From contig NC_058383.1 of the NCBI RefSeq assembly GCF_018350175.1, positions 16,122,001 to 16,186,000 on the forward strand: a DNA stretch of 64,000 bases, given 5' to 3'. This document shows, one piece after another, positions 52,101-64,000 of the stretch (within the stretch, counting starts at the first letter, position 1; each line of letters opens with the position of its first letter). The DNA is from Felis catus. Taxonomy: Eukaryota. A program made the translations under genes and the position numbers. A model generated the notes under the pieces. It did not search any database. It was not told the DNA's origin and saw only the letters and a program-made list of their open reading frames with translations.

Positions 52101-55100
52101 GGCTTCCTCTCCATCCTGCTGCTACTTAATTCACATGTTCAAAATCCCTTGTGCCATTGCCACAGCCTCAAATTCAGAGACCCTCCCCCCCACTGCCACC
52201 ACTGCAGCTGTACTTCGTTGGGTCCTGTGCAAATTAGCAACTAGCATACTCCCCAAATCAAAGATGCTTTTAGTCCCCTCTGTTGACTCCCCACTGCCTA
52301 CAGGGTAAGATATAACCGTATCTTGGCACACCTGGTCCTTCATAATCTGCTTACAACCCACTGCCTACATCATCTCCTACACCCCCCATTTCACTGTGCT
52401 CCAGCCTCTCTGAATTTGTCCCGTCTCTGAACACACAGTACCCTTTCCTAATACAATGCTTACACTCATGTTGTTCCTTCAGCTGATAATGCCCTTTCCT
52501 ACACTTTTCACTTGGCAAATTCCAATCTCCATCAGGTTCAATGTCATCTTCTCTGTGAAGTCACCCCCAGCTCTCTCAGGCAGTCATTTACTCCTGCAAC
52601 TCTTCAGTATCTAGCCCTACCACACTGTCTTTTGCTTTACCAGTTTGGTAGTTTATCAGTCCCATTAGAACACAAAACCCTCTGAGTCCCACAGCCCAAT
52701 GTGCCGCCTAGCCTACAGCAGGTTTTGATCAAGGCTTTGAGAAGGGAGAGGGGTGAGGAATGTAGGTCTTACCTGCCACAGGTTGGTGCGGTTTGGCTGG
52801 AACTGGTTTCCCCATGGATAAGCCTGACCTGCCAAGAGAGCAAGGAGATAGCAGGGGTGGGAGAGGTGAAGGGTTGTGGAACAAGGGAAAGACAGAAATA
52901 GTGAGGGAACCAAAAGGAAGTCAGAAGGTGATGAGAAAAGAAGAGAGAGATTACTTTTATTTCCCAGGCCTGTCCCTTCCCCTCACTGTACTGCACTCAG
53001 AGCCCCTGGCCTCCTGATCTGCTCCAGGACAGTGCAATCCCAATTGTGGTCCTGACTCATGCCAGTCTGTAAACTGTTACTGGATCATGTCTAGATTAAG
53101 TACAGAAATTGGGGGTAAGAATGAAGAAACTTGTCAACTAGACTTAAACTGGATAAACAAACAACCTTATTATTCACATTATTATTATTCACATTAATAA
53201 TTTTGACTACTGGGATAGCTGGTGTTCATTCAAAGAGTAGCAGAGGTGTTGAACACGGGGAGTTGCTGCTTCCTGCTCCTAACTTTTTGTTTAGTTGGGA
53301 CTGCAGAACAACAGAGTTATGAGCAAATAGTGATTCTTTAGTCCCTTTTACACCTATGGAAAAGGCAGTCTAGGTAGTGCTTTTCTTTCCCCCTATACTA
53401 TGGTGTTCTGATCATTTACTGAAATGTAACATGTCTGGGTGCAATCTCCAAAAATGACAAATTTTCTGTCTGTTCCTTCATTCCATTTTTCCACTTAGTA
53501 ATTTTTATGGCATTGTACATTAGTATGGGTGTGAGATGGAAGAGAATTGAAAACAGGAACAACCGGCCCTTTGCCACACAGTTTAGAAGACTGCTCTTGG
53601 GAGTATGGACCCTTCCCACCCTTCAAAGCCCCCCATGCAGGGTAGTATGGGAGAAGAATAAAGGGGAGTCGCGCTGCCGACTCTATACCCGTCAAGCCCC
53701 CTCGGGCAGCAAACTCCCACTCTTCCTCGGTGGGCAGCCGTTTCCCCCTCCAAGCACAGTAGGCACGAGCGTCATTCCAGCTCACGTGTACCACTGGGAG
53801 CTCCAGTCTCTCTCGGATGCCAGAGCCAGGACCTGCAGGCTGACAGCCAGGATGAAGTGAGACAGACTTCTGGGAGCTCATGGAAGTCTGAGGAAGGCTA
53901 GGCTTAAGGTGGCTGAGTTCAGCTTTTACCACTAGATGGAGCAAGGAAGTTGGAGGAGACAGCCTGGTGAGCGCGGAGAGGCCCAGAGTCAGAAACGGAA
54001 AAGTGGGATGGGCGATGGGAAAAAAGATCAGGGCACAGGAAATAGGGTTGCTTGGCTGTGTCCTCAAAATTTATGGTCATCCTTTTTAATTCCATATTTC
54101 TAGATGGGCAACGGGTCTAGGGAAGCCAGGCCTCCAGAATAAGAGTCAACAGGGGCAGAAAACAAGGCAGAGGAACCAACCCTTACCTGTCTCCAGAATG
54201 CCCTTTCCACTGGAAGCCACCAGAGAACAGACTGCAAAAAAAGGAAAAGGCATGACTGCAAGATGCTCTGACCCAGCAAGGTCACCTTCCTGACTGACAC
54301 ACAGGAGGCAGAGCAGACACTTTAGGCTGAGACTCGGGTGGTCCAAGTGGGGCTGTTTCTGGAACCTTTAAAGCAGGACATCTCCTGACCATTATTGGAG
54401 GGGATGTTGAGATGTTCTCTTGTCAGTTCATGGAGTAACTTGAACCCTACATGTGACCAGATCACCAGACTTTTTACAAAGTCTCTCTAGGCAGAAACCA
54501 GCACAAGGTTAATGTCTCGGGAGTATGTGTTCATCTGACTCTTCCAGGGAGGATCTCTCTTGCTTCCTCCCTGCCTGCGGCTCTCAGGGGTGATTCTCTC
54601 TTGTGGCCCAGGTGACCCCATAACCCACAGGATTCTCTGTCCAGGGCCCACTCCTTCAGCTGAAAGCCCAGGTTCTCTCACCTCCATCTGATGGGCCACT
54701 TTGTTTCTAAGCTCATCCGAGACAAAGTCCTCAAAGACAAAACTCCACCCAAACTTCTCAGCCTCTGTCCGGTACTTTTTTTCCCTGACAAACTCCCTGA
54801 AAAGAGAGATATTTCACTTGGTTAAGCTGCTACAGTTCCAGGTCCCACTGTCACCCCCTCCTGCTCCAGAAAACCTCATATATCCTTCACCTTTAAGTCA
54901 CACATCACAGAGTTTCCGTCAACAACAAGGAATTGACATTGAAGTCTGAGTAGGAGATTTTCCTTTAAAATCTGTTGCTGTATGTGTAATTCACGTAGAG
55001 TAAAATTCACTCTTTTAGTGCAGTTTTGTGAGTTTTGACAAAACTTATAGTCATCATCACAATCAAGATATAGAGGAAGTTTATCAACCACCTCCAAAAA

Positions 55101-58100
55101 TTCCCTCATTGCCTCTGCAACCATTGCTGTTTTTTGTCCCTATAGTTTTGCCTTTCCCAGAATATAAATTCACATACATCAAATCATACAGTATGTAGCT
55201 TTAGAGTCTGGCTTCTTCCATTTAGCATAATGCTTCTGAGAATCACCCACGTTGTTGCCAGTATTAGTTTGTTCCTCTGTTTACAGAATACCATTTTATT
55301 GTGTGGAGGTTCTGTATTTTGCTTTTCCATTCACCACTTGCAGGTCATTTGGGTTATCTCCAGCTTTTGGAGATTATGAATAAAACTGCTGAGAATATTT
55401 AAGGGTGGGGAACAGGTCTGTTTTCTGAAAGGTCTTCATCACATCCTCACTCTCACAACAATCATGCGAGGGAGGCAGAACATGATTATCTCCATCTAAC
55501 AAATGAAAAAAAACGGAATCAAATAAAAATGATGTACTGAAATTTTAGAATGGATTTTCACACAGTTTGGTATGGTTTAGCAAATTTTAGCACGTAAAAT
55601 TTCCAGGGTAAGATGGGTTGTTTTCACTGGGCTAATAGTACCCCGTCTGTGCCAGCCCTCTGACATGAGGAGACATTGTTCACCCATGAAAGGGGCATTG
55701 AGAATGGAGGAGGTGATCAGATGTGGTAGCAACAGCTATTCACCAACCTCAGAGCATCTGAGTAGTTTGAAAATCTTTCACCAGAGAGGCAGAGACAAAT
55801 CATGGGGGTTCTAAGCAAAGTTTAGGGGCTTGCCAGAGGTCTATCATAAAATAGGTCATTAAAAATAATAAATAAATAAATAAATAAATAAATAAATGTA
55901 TGTCATAATTTGAAATATAAAAGAACACACATTGTTCATCTATCTAGCTAGCTATTTCTGGTTGTCATGATGTGGTGCAAACCTGATCAAAAGTGATTTC
56001 TCCTTCAATTTTAATAACTTTCCTGTTTAAAAATACTTTTAAAAAGCACATATAAGCATGGAGTGCTGGTTGGCTCAGTCAGTTAAGCGTCTGACTCTTG
56101 GTTTCGGCTCAAGTCATGATCTTACAGTTCGTGAGTTCGAACCCCGCACCAGCTGTATGCAGCCTGCTTGGAACTGTCTCTCTCCTCGCCTTTCTCTTCT
56201 TCTCCCTTGCACTCATTCTCTCTCTCACTCTCAATATAAATAAATACTTAACAAAAAAGCACATATGCGTAATGCATATTGTATTATAGAAAAATGAGAA
56301 AGCACAAGTATATGAAAAGAAAAAAAAACTGAAATCATCCATTATCAGACCAACTAAGATATAGATATAGATATATATATATATCCCTTACATAGTGTTC
56401 CCTGTCCTGCCCCCCCGCCCTCCCAGGAAGGATTTTTAAATACCTTTAATAAGGTGCTTCCCTGGAATTATTTTCATTTGGAAGTCACAAAAACATCGGC
56501 AAAATCTGTAAACTAACACAATGCTGCATCTCCCAGTTCTTTTTTTTTTCTTTAATTTTTTTAATGTTTATCTATGTTTGAGAGACAGAGAGAGACAGAG
56601 TGTGAGCGGGTGAGGGGCAGAGAGAGAGGGAGACACAGAATCCAAAGCAGGCTCCAGGCTCCGCTGTCAGCACAGAGCCCAACGTGGGGCTCAAACTCAC
56701 GAACTGTGAGACCATGACCTGAGCGAAGTCGGACACTTAACTGACTGAGCCACCCAGGTGCCACAAATACACTAATAATTCTTATGCTTACTCTGTCTCC
56801 TGAGTAAATTTTTCCCCGTAAATTTTTATCTTAAAGAGTTTTAAGGCCACAATGCAACACATAAGTCATTTCCCACATTTGCTTTGTCTTCCTGTTCCCT
56901 CCTCTTCTTTTTCCCACTCTTCTCTCTATATATTCCCCCTGTATCATTTGAAGGTAAGTTACAGGTGTCACCTGGATCATTCCCCACTTTAGCCTTTGCA
57001 AAACATACCACCTTGAGGAAAGTGAGGCGGCTCAACAAGGCTTCCTAGATTGAGTTGGAATCACAATGCTTGTCCTAAAACAATGCCAGTTCCATAAGTA
57101 AATATAAAGGATATTTAAAGACTCCCAGCTACTAGGACCCTTCTCCCAATCCCTTTTCCCTGTGGAAGAGGTTTTTGTTAAGTGTTTGACTTCTGCCCCT
57201 ATTTCTCAGTGTTATATCCAGTGTAATGGAAAATCCACTGGCTCAAGGGTCAGAGGGTTTGAGTTCCAGGTCCAGCTCTGCCGTAAACAGAGTCTCCAGA
57301 CTTCAGATTCTTCACCTGAAAAATGGAGACAGCACTTATCCCATATTACTATTGCAAAGATGATATGTAATAGTGAACAAGCTAGTTTGCTTTTAGCTAT
57401 CAGGAACGAAAATCAGAAAGAGCCTTTACTGCTCTTAGAATACCTGATGTACCTGAAATCTTTGTTGGTGACAGGAAATATATCAATGGCAAAGGGTTTT
57501 ACTGTCATCTCCCGGACAGGCCCTTCACCATCTCTGCCATCTGGTGAATTTGTTCCCATCTGGAATCTCCCACCTGGTAGCTGGACCATGCTAGTAGCCT
57601 GCCCATTCCCTGCAGAGAAAAAGGAGCATCATCAGTAATACATTAATATATATAAAACAAGTGACAATATTTGGATCATACGTAATATTCATAATGATGT
57701 AATGAAAAAAAAAGGCGGCTTAAAAATTTGGCTTTAAATTCTTGTTCTGCCACTTAATTTGTTGGGTGACCTTAGGCAAATAAGTCAGTCTGAGTTTTGG
57801 TTTCTTCACCTACAAGATGGAGATAACATCTAGCTATTTCATAGGTGTGGCTGTATAAATTAAAATTAACATGTGTGAAACGTTGTGAGTGCATTGTAAT
57901 TATTCAACAAATGTTTATTTTCTTTCTTACTGCTCTATTTCTGTACACAACTCTTTGTCCCAGCTAGGTAAATCTAGACACTATACCCTGAAATACATCT
58001 AGCACATCTCTACCCACACTTCTGCTCAAGTTGTTTCTCTGCCTCTTCCTCCCCATTTCTGAATGATTTTCACTATTATATCATATGCTCCAGAAAGAAA

Positions 58101-59391
58101 AGGACTACATTTATTTTGCCAGTGTATTCCTGGCATCTAGCATAAGAGCACGATAATTAGCAAATAACTGAATGAGGTCCTTCATATCTACTGTTTGAAC
58201 ACCTCAGAAAATCAGAATTAGAAATATCTTTATTATTTATTTTTTTAACTTTTTTTGTTGTTGTTGAGAGACTGAGAGCACGAGTGGGGGAAGGGCAGAG
58301 AGAGAGGGAGACACAGAATCTAAAGCAGGCTCCAGGCTCTCAGCTGTCAGCACAGAGTCCAATACGGGGCTCGAACCCACGATCCGACTGAGCCACCCAG
58401 GCGCCTCAAAAGGATCTTTAATTCAACCCCCTTATTTAACAGGAAAAAACCAAGACCCAAAAAAGAGAAACCACTTAAAGAACTAGTTAGCAGGGACAGC
58501 ACTAGATCCAGGTCTCCTTACTTCCAGGTCAGCACTATTTCCAACCTGCTACACTTGTCTTCACACTTTGGGGTGTTATGTTTCTGCCTAAGGATGTCTA
58601 AGTATTATAAGTTCCTCAATGGCCGAGTCTACCATTTTTTCATGTTTCTCTGTCTTTAGCCTTCTTATTCTCATTCTGACACACACTGATGATTTCATCT
58701 ACTTCAAGGGAGAAAAAATTTTACAGGGAAATCTCAGATTAAAAGGGAATTAAGAAACAACATATAACTGCAATGTATGAACTCTGACATTAACTCAGTA
58801 AGTAAACTATAACAAACACAGTAGATGAATTTGAACACTAACTGTATGTTTAAGGATATTAATGACAACTGTTAGTTTTTTAAGGTAGAGAAAGAGTATG
58901 GTGGGTTTTTTTCATGACTTCTTGTCTTTTTGGCTATTCATGCTGTGTATTTACAAATAAAATTGTGTCGTGTCTGGATTCACTTCAAAAAGGCCCCAGG
59001 GAAGGAGAAAGTGACATACCAAAATAGCAAGATTAGTTATAAACTGGCGCCTGTTTTTAAGCTGGGTTACCGGTTCATAGGAGGAGGTGTTTTTATATTC
59101 TTTTACACTGTGTTCGAAAGATTCCAAAATAAATTAAAAGTGAAAAAGCAGTTAGATAGGATATGAGCATTAACCATCTTGCCAAGTTGGCTGCCTCTGG
59201 CTGCTCCAAGCCCATCCCGGAAGCGGGCGGAGGGGCCACGGTCTCTTTCCCGATCTGGCAGGGCACCCACCCCTTCCCTGATGTTTCCTGGGGCACACAG
59301 GGTCAGGGGACAGGCCAGCACACTGACCTAGCTCGAGCCACGGGCCAGACAGGAGCAGCGGCAGAATCAGCAGCGGTGGCGAGGGTCCCAT
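49159..59391 (-). CDS. SUMF2: Sulfatase-modifying factor 2 (inactive FGE paralog, pFGE), 300 aa, 9 exons
   Basis: Minus-strand coding exons 59391-59328, 57609-57453, 54796-54682, 54231-54187, 53839-53689, 52828-52773, 50877-50793, 50604-50460, 49243-49159, 903 nt in total. Signal peptide [22 protein letters not shown]; motifs [46 protein letters not shown]-terminal PGEL. Confidence 0.97.
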
Positions 59392-59550
59392 GCCGGTAAC
59401 ACGAGCAGCACGCCGCACCGTAAAGCCCTTCTGCGCCTGCGCCCTGCGTGCACCGCTTCGGCCACCGTATCGCTCGCAACGCCTCCTTAGCGTTTCCCTC
59501 ACAACCCCCTTTGGTCAAAAGTGCTTGGTTAGTCCCAGGCTGCGGCTGGG
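59200..59550 (-). promoter_or_regulatory. CpG-rich SUMF2 promoter / exon 1 region
   Basis: CpG-rich patch around the SUMF2 ATG, with NRF1-like tgcgcctgcgc (~59432). Confidence 0.65.
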
Positions 59551-59726
59551 TATAGAACTGGTGGAGCCAGAGAAGAGATTAGTGTCCAGGGGCCCTGGCG
59601 TTCCACAAGCTCCTCCATTACACTGTGAACCGAACATTCCCACGGATTTTCTACCCATTTATATTCAAATTCCTTTTGGGCCCTGGAATACCATTTCAAG
59701 ATCACAGAAAAGGTTTCAATTTAATA

Positions 59727-59732
59727 TTTATT
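59727..59732 (-). terminator. Probable CCT6A distal polyadenylation signal AATAAA
   Basis: Plus-strand tttatt ~940 nt downstream of the CCT6A stop. A second one lies at 60053-60058. Confidence 0.55.
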
Positions 59733-60667
59733 GCACACCGTAGGCAACTGCCAAGTCCTCAAAAACACAAAGCTTTGCAGCACACAACTTCACTCTCAAG
59801 GGCTGTGAATGAGATCTACCAACTATAAAAACAATTTTGTGGAAGCGAGTGGGAGAGAACAGTAACTTGGGTGAAAGACGACACTACAGAGTTTGGAATG
59901 GTCGGGCAGGTCCTTCAGCATAAGCACAGGTACAGACAGGGGTGTGAAAATATGGTCCATGTGAAAATCTCCTTTCCCTTAGCCCCCATGCCTTTAAGGG
60001 TGTTTTTCCCTCTGTCTCCTCTATTTCTAGTTTTCTCTCTTCATACTTTCAGTTTATTTATATATAATGATCAACTCCCTTGCCTCTACTTCACCCATCT
60101 TTCTGCCCAGTACAACTTTCCTGGGGAGCATTTTAGCAAAAGTACTTAAAAGCATTAAAAGTCCAAACAAATGATTCCAACAGTTTTACTCAGGAATTAA
60201 TACTAAAGAAACAGGGATGCTTTCAAAATCTTAAGTTACTTTAAGTATTATTTATATTTGCATAAAAACCTACAAGCCTGACAGTGGAGAACTAGTAGAT
60301 ATATTAAAATACATCAATTAGAAGAAATTATTAAACCATTAAATTTGCTTTCCAAGGAACATTTAATAACAAGGTAGGTAACATACTTGTCTAACACGGT
60401 ACTTTTAGATCATGGAAGCTAAAGCAAAACATCCTGTTCATTGGGTGAAAACAGCCTGCTTAATGGTGTACACTACAGTGAAATTTAAAAAAATACTGTA
60501 ATTATAATTTCAGAACTTCAAAATTTGAGTGTCAGTGTTCTTTTTTTCGTATGGGAAAGGAAAATGCTTTTGAAAATCATTTGAAGCTTGGACGAAAATT
60601 CCATGGCTATATTCTTAGGATCACTCTGTAGTCTTCATGATACAGATGACACAAGGGAAGCTTCAAT

Positions 60668-63443
60668 TCAACCTTTTAGAGAAGACATTCCAGCTCTCAT
60701 GATCTCATCAACCAGGAGAATGTTGGTGGCAATCACAGTGCTGAAAGGGGATGGAAAGATCAGATGGCTCAGATGTGACATATGAACCCCAAACTGTGCA
60801 AATTATATCCAATTAAGTTTCTCCTTTCCCCTCAAAAATATAGAAGGCTAGTTTAGTTTTTATACTTTCAGCTGATTACATTTTTATGAAAAAAAAACCC
60901 ATGTAATTAAACATACCAAAGGTTAGTTTAGTTTTGGCTGTCTCAAACTTACCAGGAGTGAAGAAGCTGTTTCTTTACACAATAGTTATCCCATATGCCT
61001 ACTTCAGCAGCTACCATTGGCTCACCTGTAAAGTAACCCAGTATTCTTCAAATCACACACAGAAAGTTGGAAGATCAGAATGCAAATAAAACAGAATATT
61101 TTGTGATTTGCTCATCACTGATTATTCTCATTATCCAAAGTTCCTCAATTAGTCCAATTTTGCTCCAAACTACGATCTCTACTCAGAAGACATCCAGTAA
61201 TAGTAATGTGCTATTTGGTTACCAAATGTTTGAACATCTCCATTTTTCCAGATGCATTCTTGTTTGTTCATATTAAAGTAGAGCACTTGAACTGGCCAAA
61301 ATGGGCCTACCATTTCCCTCATTCCAGAAATCCTTTCTACTAATGTGAATGTATGATGCTGTTGACAGTAACAGGTCTTACAAATACTGCAGGATTCTGT
61401 TATCTTTCTTCCACTCTACTTTTCTCCAACATTCTTTTGTTTCCATTTTTTATCCTCCCTGATTTTACCTCACCTGAATCTAGTTTTCCCCCTACAAATA
61501 GCTGTGTTCTCTTACCTGTGTTCAAGTCCACACCTACAAGTTGACCTGATTCTGAATGTTCTGCTTGAACTTTAACTAGTGTTTCTTGAAGGTCAAAACC
61601 AGAATTCTGAGCAAGAACCTAAACAAACAAATTTAATCCTTTAAAAGACAGAACCCTAAGAAGTGATAAGAACCATAATTCCAATTAGTAAAAACAAAAC
61701 AAAACAAAAAAACCCTTAAGATAGACCAGTATTTATGTTCATATCAGAGAATAACTAAATAGAACATTTGTTACTAACCAACTCATTAACCCACCCCAAG
61801 CCCAGCAATACACTGGTCATAAACTATATCCCTAAAATAGCATACAAGAGAAAACAAAAGAGCAAGCCTGTACTCTAGTATAACTCCTACACTGCAAACT
61901 CTTAAAACAGTTTATCTCCTGCCATCTGAAACTTCAGTTATTCAACTCCCTTCCACAGGAACCAAAAACATTTGGATAAGAGATACCTGGCTCTAGTTAT
62001 GTTAAGGAGAAATGAATAAAACTTGTTTACTCAAAGTCTACATTATAAAAATGGCATTATCAAAAAGCTTTCATCAGCTAAATCATTTTGATGTAGTTAA
62101 GAAAACTGTTAAAGTATTCATACCTTGGGAATAATGAGCAATGCATCAGCAAATGCTTGCACTCCAAGCTGGGCCCTGCCCTTTACACTGGGCTTATATT
62201 TAATCAAGGCTTCTGCCATTGCCACTTCCACTGCACCAGCACCTGGAACTACACAGCCTGTTGGGGGCGGGGGGACGGAGAGAAATGCTAAGTTGCAGAA
62301 AAAACAAAACTGTAGAATCATTTTTTTTTTATTTTTATTTTTCAACTTTTTAAAATTTATTTTTGGGACAGAGAGAGACAGAGCATGAACGGGGGAGGGG
62401 CCGAGAGAGAGGGAGACACAGAATCGGAAACAGGCTCCAGGCTCTGAGCCATCAGCCCAGAGCCTGACGCGGGGCTCGAACCCACGGACCACGAGATCGT
62501 GACCTGGCTGAAGTCGGACGCTTAACCGACTGCGCCACCCAGGCGCCCCGAATCATTTTTAAGAAAATTAAAACACACACACAAAAGCCATCCATTTCTT
62601 GAGAATTCGGCATAACCACCACAGTGTTAATACTACACTTGAAAGCAATACAAGCAACACATCAAATAGCAAAATGGCCCAATTTAACTAGTACTTGGAA
62701 GCTCTTGCAAGGTCTTAGCATTAGTTCATTTATTTGTATCCACTTTTAATCATGATATGCTATATAAAAGCCTCGCATACCATCACAGGCATTTTAAAGG
62801 GAAGAGTTTACTTTTGCATGGTGTCTGGCTGTGTAAATTACTGATAAAAAGAACACAGTATTCAGCCATGCCTTTCACACTAGCAAAAGAATATACAATA
62901 AGGATCTTACCATCATCAATAGCATTTTTAACAGCCCTCAAGCCATCTCTTATTGCATCTTTGATTTGAGTGAGTGTGTGCTTATTTGGTCCTTTGACCA
63001 ATAATGTGACAGAGCGAGGGTTGTTACATTTCTCAATAAAGGTGAATTTCTCTTCTCCCTATGTGAAAAAGATATTTTCAAAAACAGGATATGGTTATAC
63101 AAAGAATGAAGAGGGGCTTATGGAAGAATAAGTAGTTTATTAATAAGAAAACAACATACCAATCACATTAAAGCAAATAAACTACTTCATATAAAAGAAA
63201 TGTGACTTTTCCCATCAATGGCTTATCATTACTATACATAAGCATCAAAATGTATGTAAACAGATCAAAAATATGATTCTGGGTTTGAATGAATTCATGA
63301 ACGAAACATCATTGTATTATCATCTTCAGAAAGAAAATACACTCACCAATGTATATTCATAGACAAGTCCTGCATGTCCCAAACAATCAGGATTTAGGTC
63401 ATCAAAAGAATTTAGAGCTACTCCACCACAAGCAAGAGTCAGC
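60668..63443 (-). CDS. CCT6A: T-complex protein 1 subunit zeta (CCT6A), last six coding exons; the gene continues beyond the window end
   Basis: Minus-strand exons 63443-63347, 63058-62911, 62257-62124, 61618-61516, 61025-60953, 60740-60668 (stop TGA). They encode [83 protein letters not shown], ...[12 protein letters not shown]. Position next to SUMF2 and the SNORA15 intron favour CCT6A over CCT6B. Confidence 0.96.
62321..62549 (-). mobile_element. Young CAN-SINE (SINEC_Fc type) in the CCT6A intron that hosts SNORA15
   Basis: Reverse complement of the young consensus; TSD gaatcattttt (62315-62325 and 62550-62560). Confidence 0.93.
62732..62871 (-). ncRNA. SNORA15: H/ACA box snoRNA SNORA15 (ACA15) in a CCT6A intron
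   Basis: Minus strand reads GCATGGCTGAATACTGTGTT...CACAGCCAGACACCATGC (5' hairpin closed by GCATGG/CCATGC), then H box AAAGTA, a second hairpin, and ACA 3 nt from the 3' end (...GGATACAAAT). About 140 nt. Matches my recall of human SNORA15, which is hosted by CCT6A. Confidence 0.9.
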
Positions 63444-64000
63444 CTGAAATATTGGAAGTGTTTTAAGGGAGACCTGTAAGTGGCTTTGTTATGTTTGAAG
63501 AGATTAATAATTTTTAGGAAGCGATCTTTCAGAATTACATACCGAAATGAGATATTCTGAAATGTATTTTAACTCAAGCCTTTCCATTCACCACCAACCA
63601 GCTAAAAACCAGTCTTTTCTCCTAACTCACCATTTAAACCAGGCTTTCAAAGTTAGGAAATACTCCTTTGATAAGAAATCTAAAGGCGAACAAGAGCTCT
63701 TTACTGTGGTGAGCTCTGAGGAAAAAGTAGTTCTTTGAAACCCCTTGATGCTGTCTCTCGACATGGTTACATACATACACATTTCATGGTTTAAAATTAA
63801 AACAAGCATATACCAAAGTTCACAGCAGCATTATTCACAACAGCATTATTCACAACAGGACATTTGAGAAGAAACTCAAATGTCCACTGATAAATGTATA
63901 AATAAAATGTGATATATTCATACAATGGAGTATTCTTCATCCTTGAAAGGGAAATGAGATTCTAACATATGCCATACAACATGGATGAACTTTGAAACTA

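Noticed and set aside
63826..63862. 15-bp tandem repeat cagcattattcacaa x2
   Set aside because: Trivial slippage duplication inside an old L1 3' fragment in a CCT6A intron.

Overview
Eukaryotic genomic DNA from a felid (cat family), judged from the many tRNA-derived CAN-SINEs of Felis SINEC_Fc type and carnivore L1 3' ends. The window holds the conserved mammalian gene block NUPR2 (+, CDS 25839-26150), CHCHD2 (+, 4 coding exons), PHKG1 (+, 9 coding exons, 387 aa), SUMF2 (-, 9 exons, 300 aa) and the last six exons of CCT6A (-), with the intronic H/ACA snoRNA SNORA15. I traced all exons by hand: GT-AG boundaries and reading phases are consistent. The first ~25 kb has no intact gene that I can recognise. 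It is repeat-rich and carries three retrocopies: a decayed calmodulin (CALM2-like) pseudogene, a decayed TPT1 pseudogene, and a short poly(A)-tailed 3'-UTR retrocopy with target-site duplications (TSDs). I found no convincing new biological system. The best leads are a His-to-Leu change in the PHKG1 kinase HPN motif, a muscle-enhancer-like motif cluster in PHKG1 intron 4, a four-tier G-quadruplex repeat just after the PHKG1 stop, a recent 118/119-bp tandem duplication, tightly packed or overlapping gene ends, and a possible divergent transcript at the NUPR2 CpG island. Gene and repeat names come from my recall of the families, not from database searches. Repeat boundaries are approximate.
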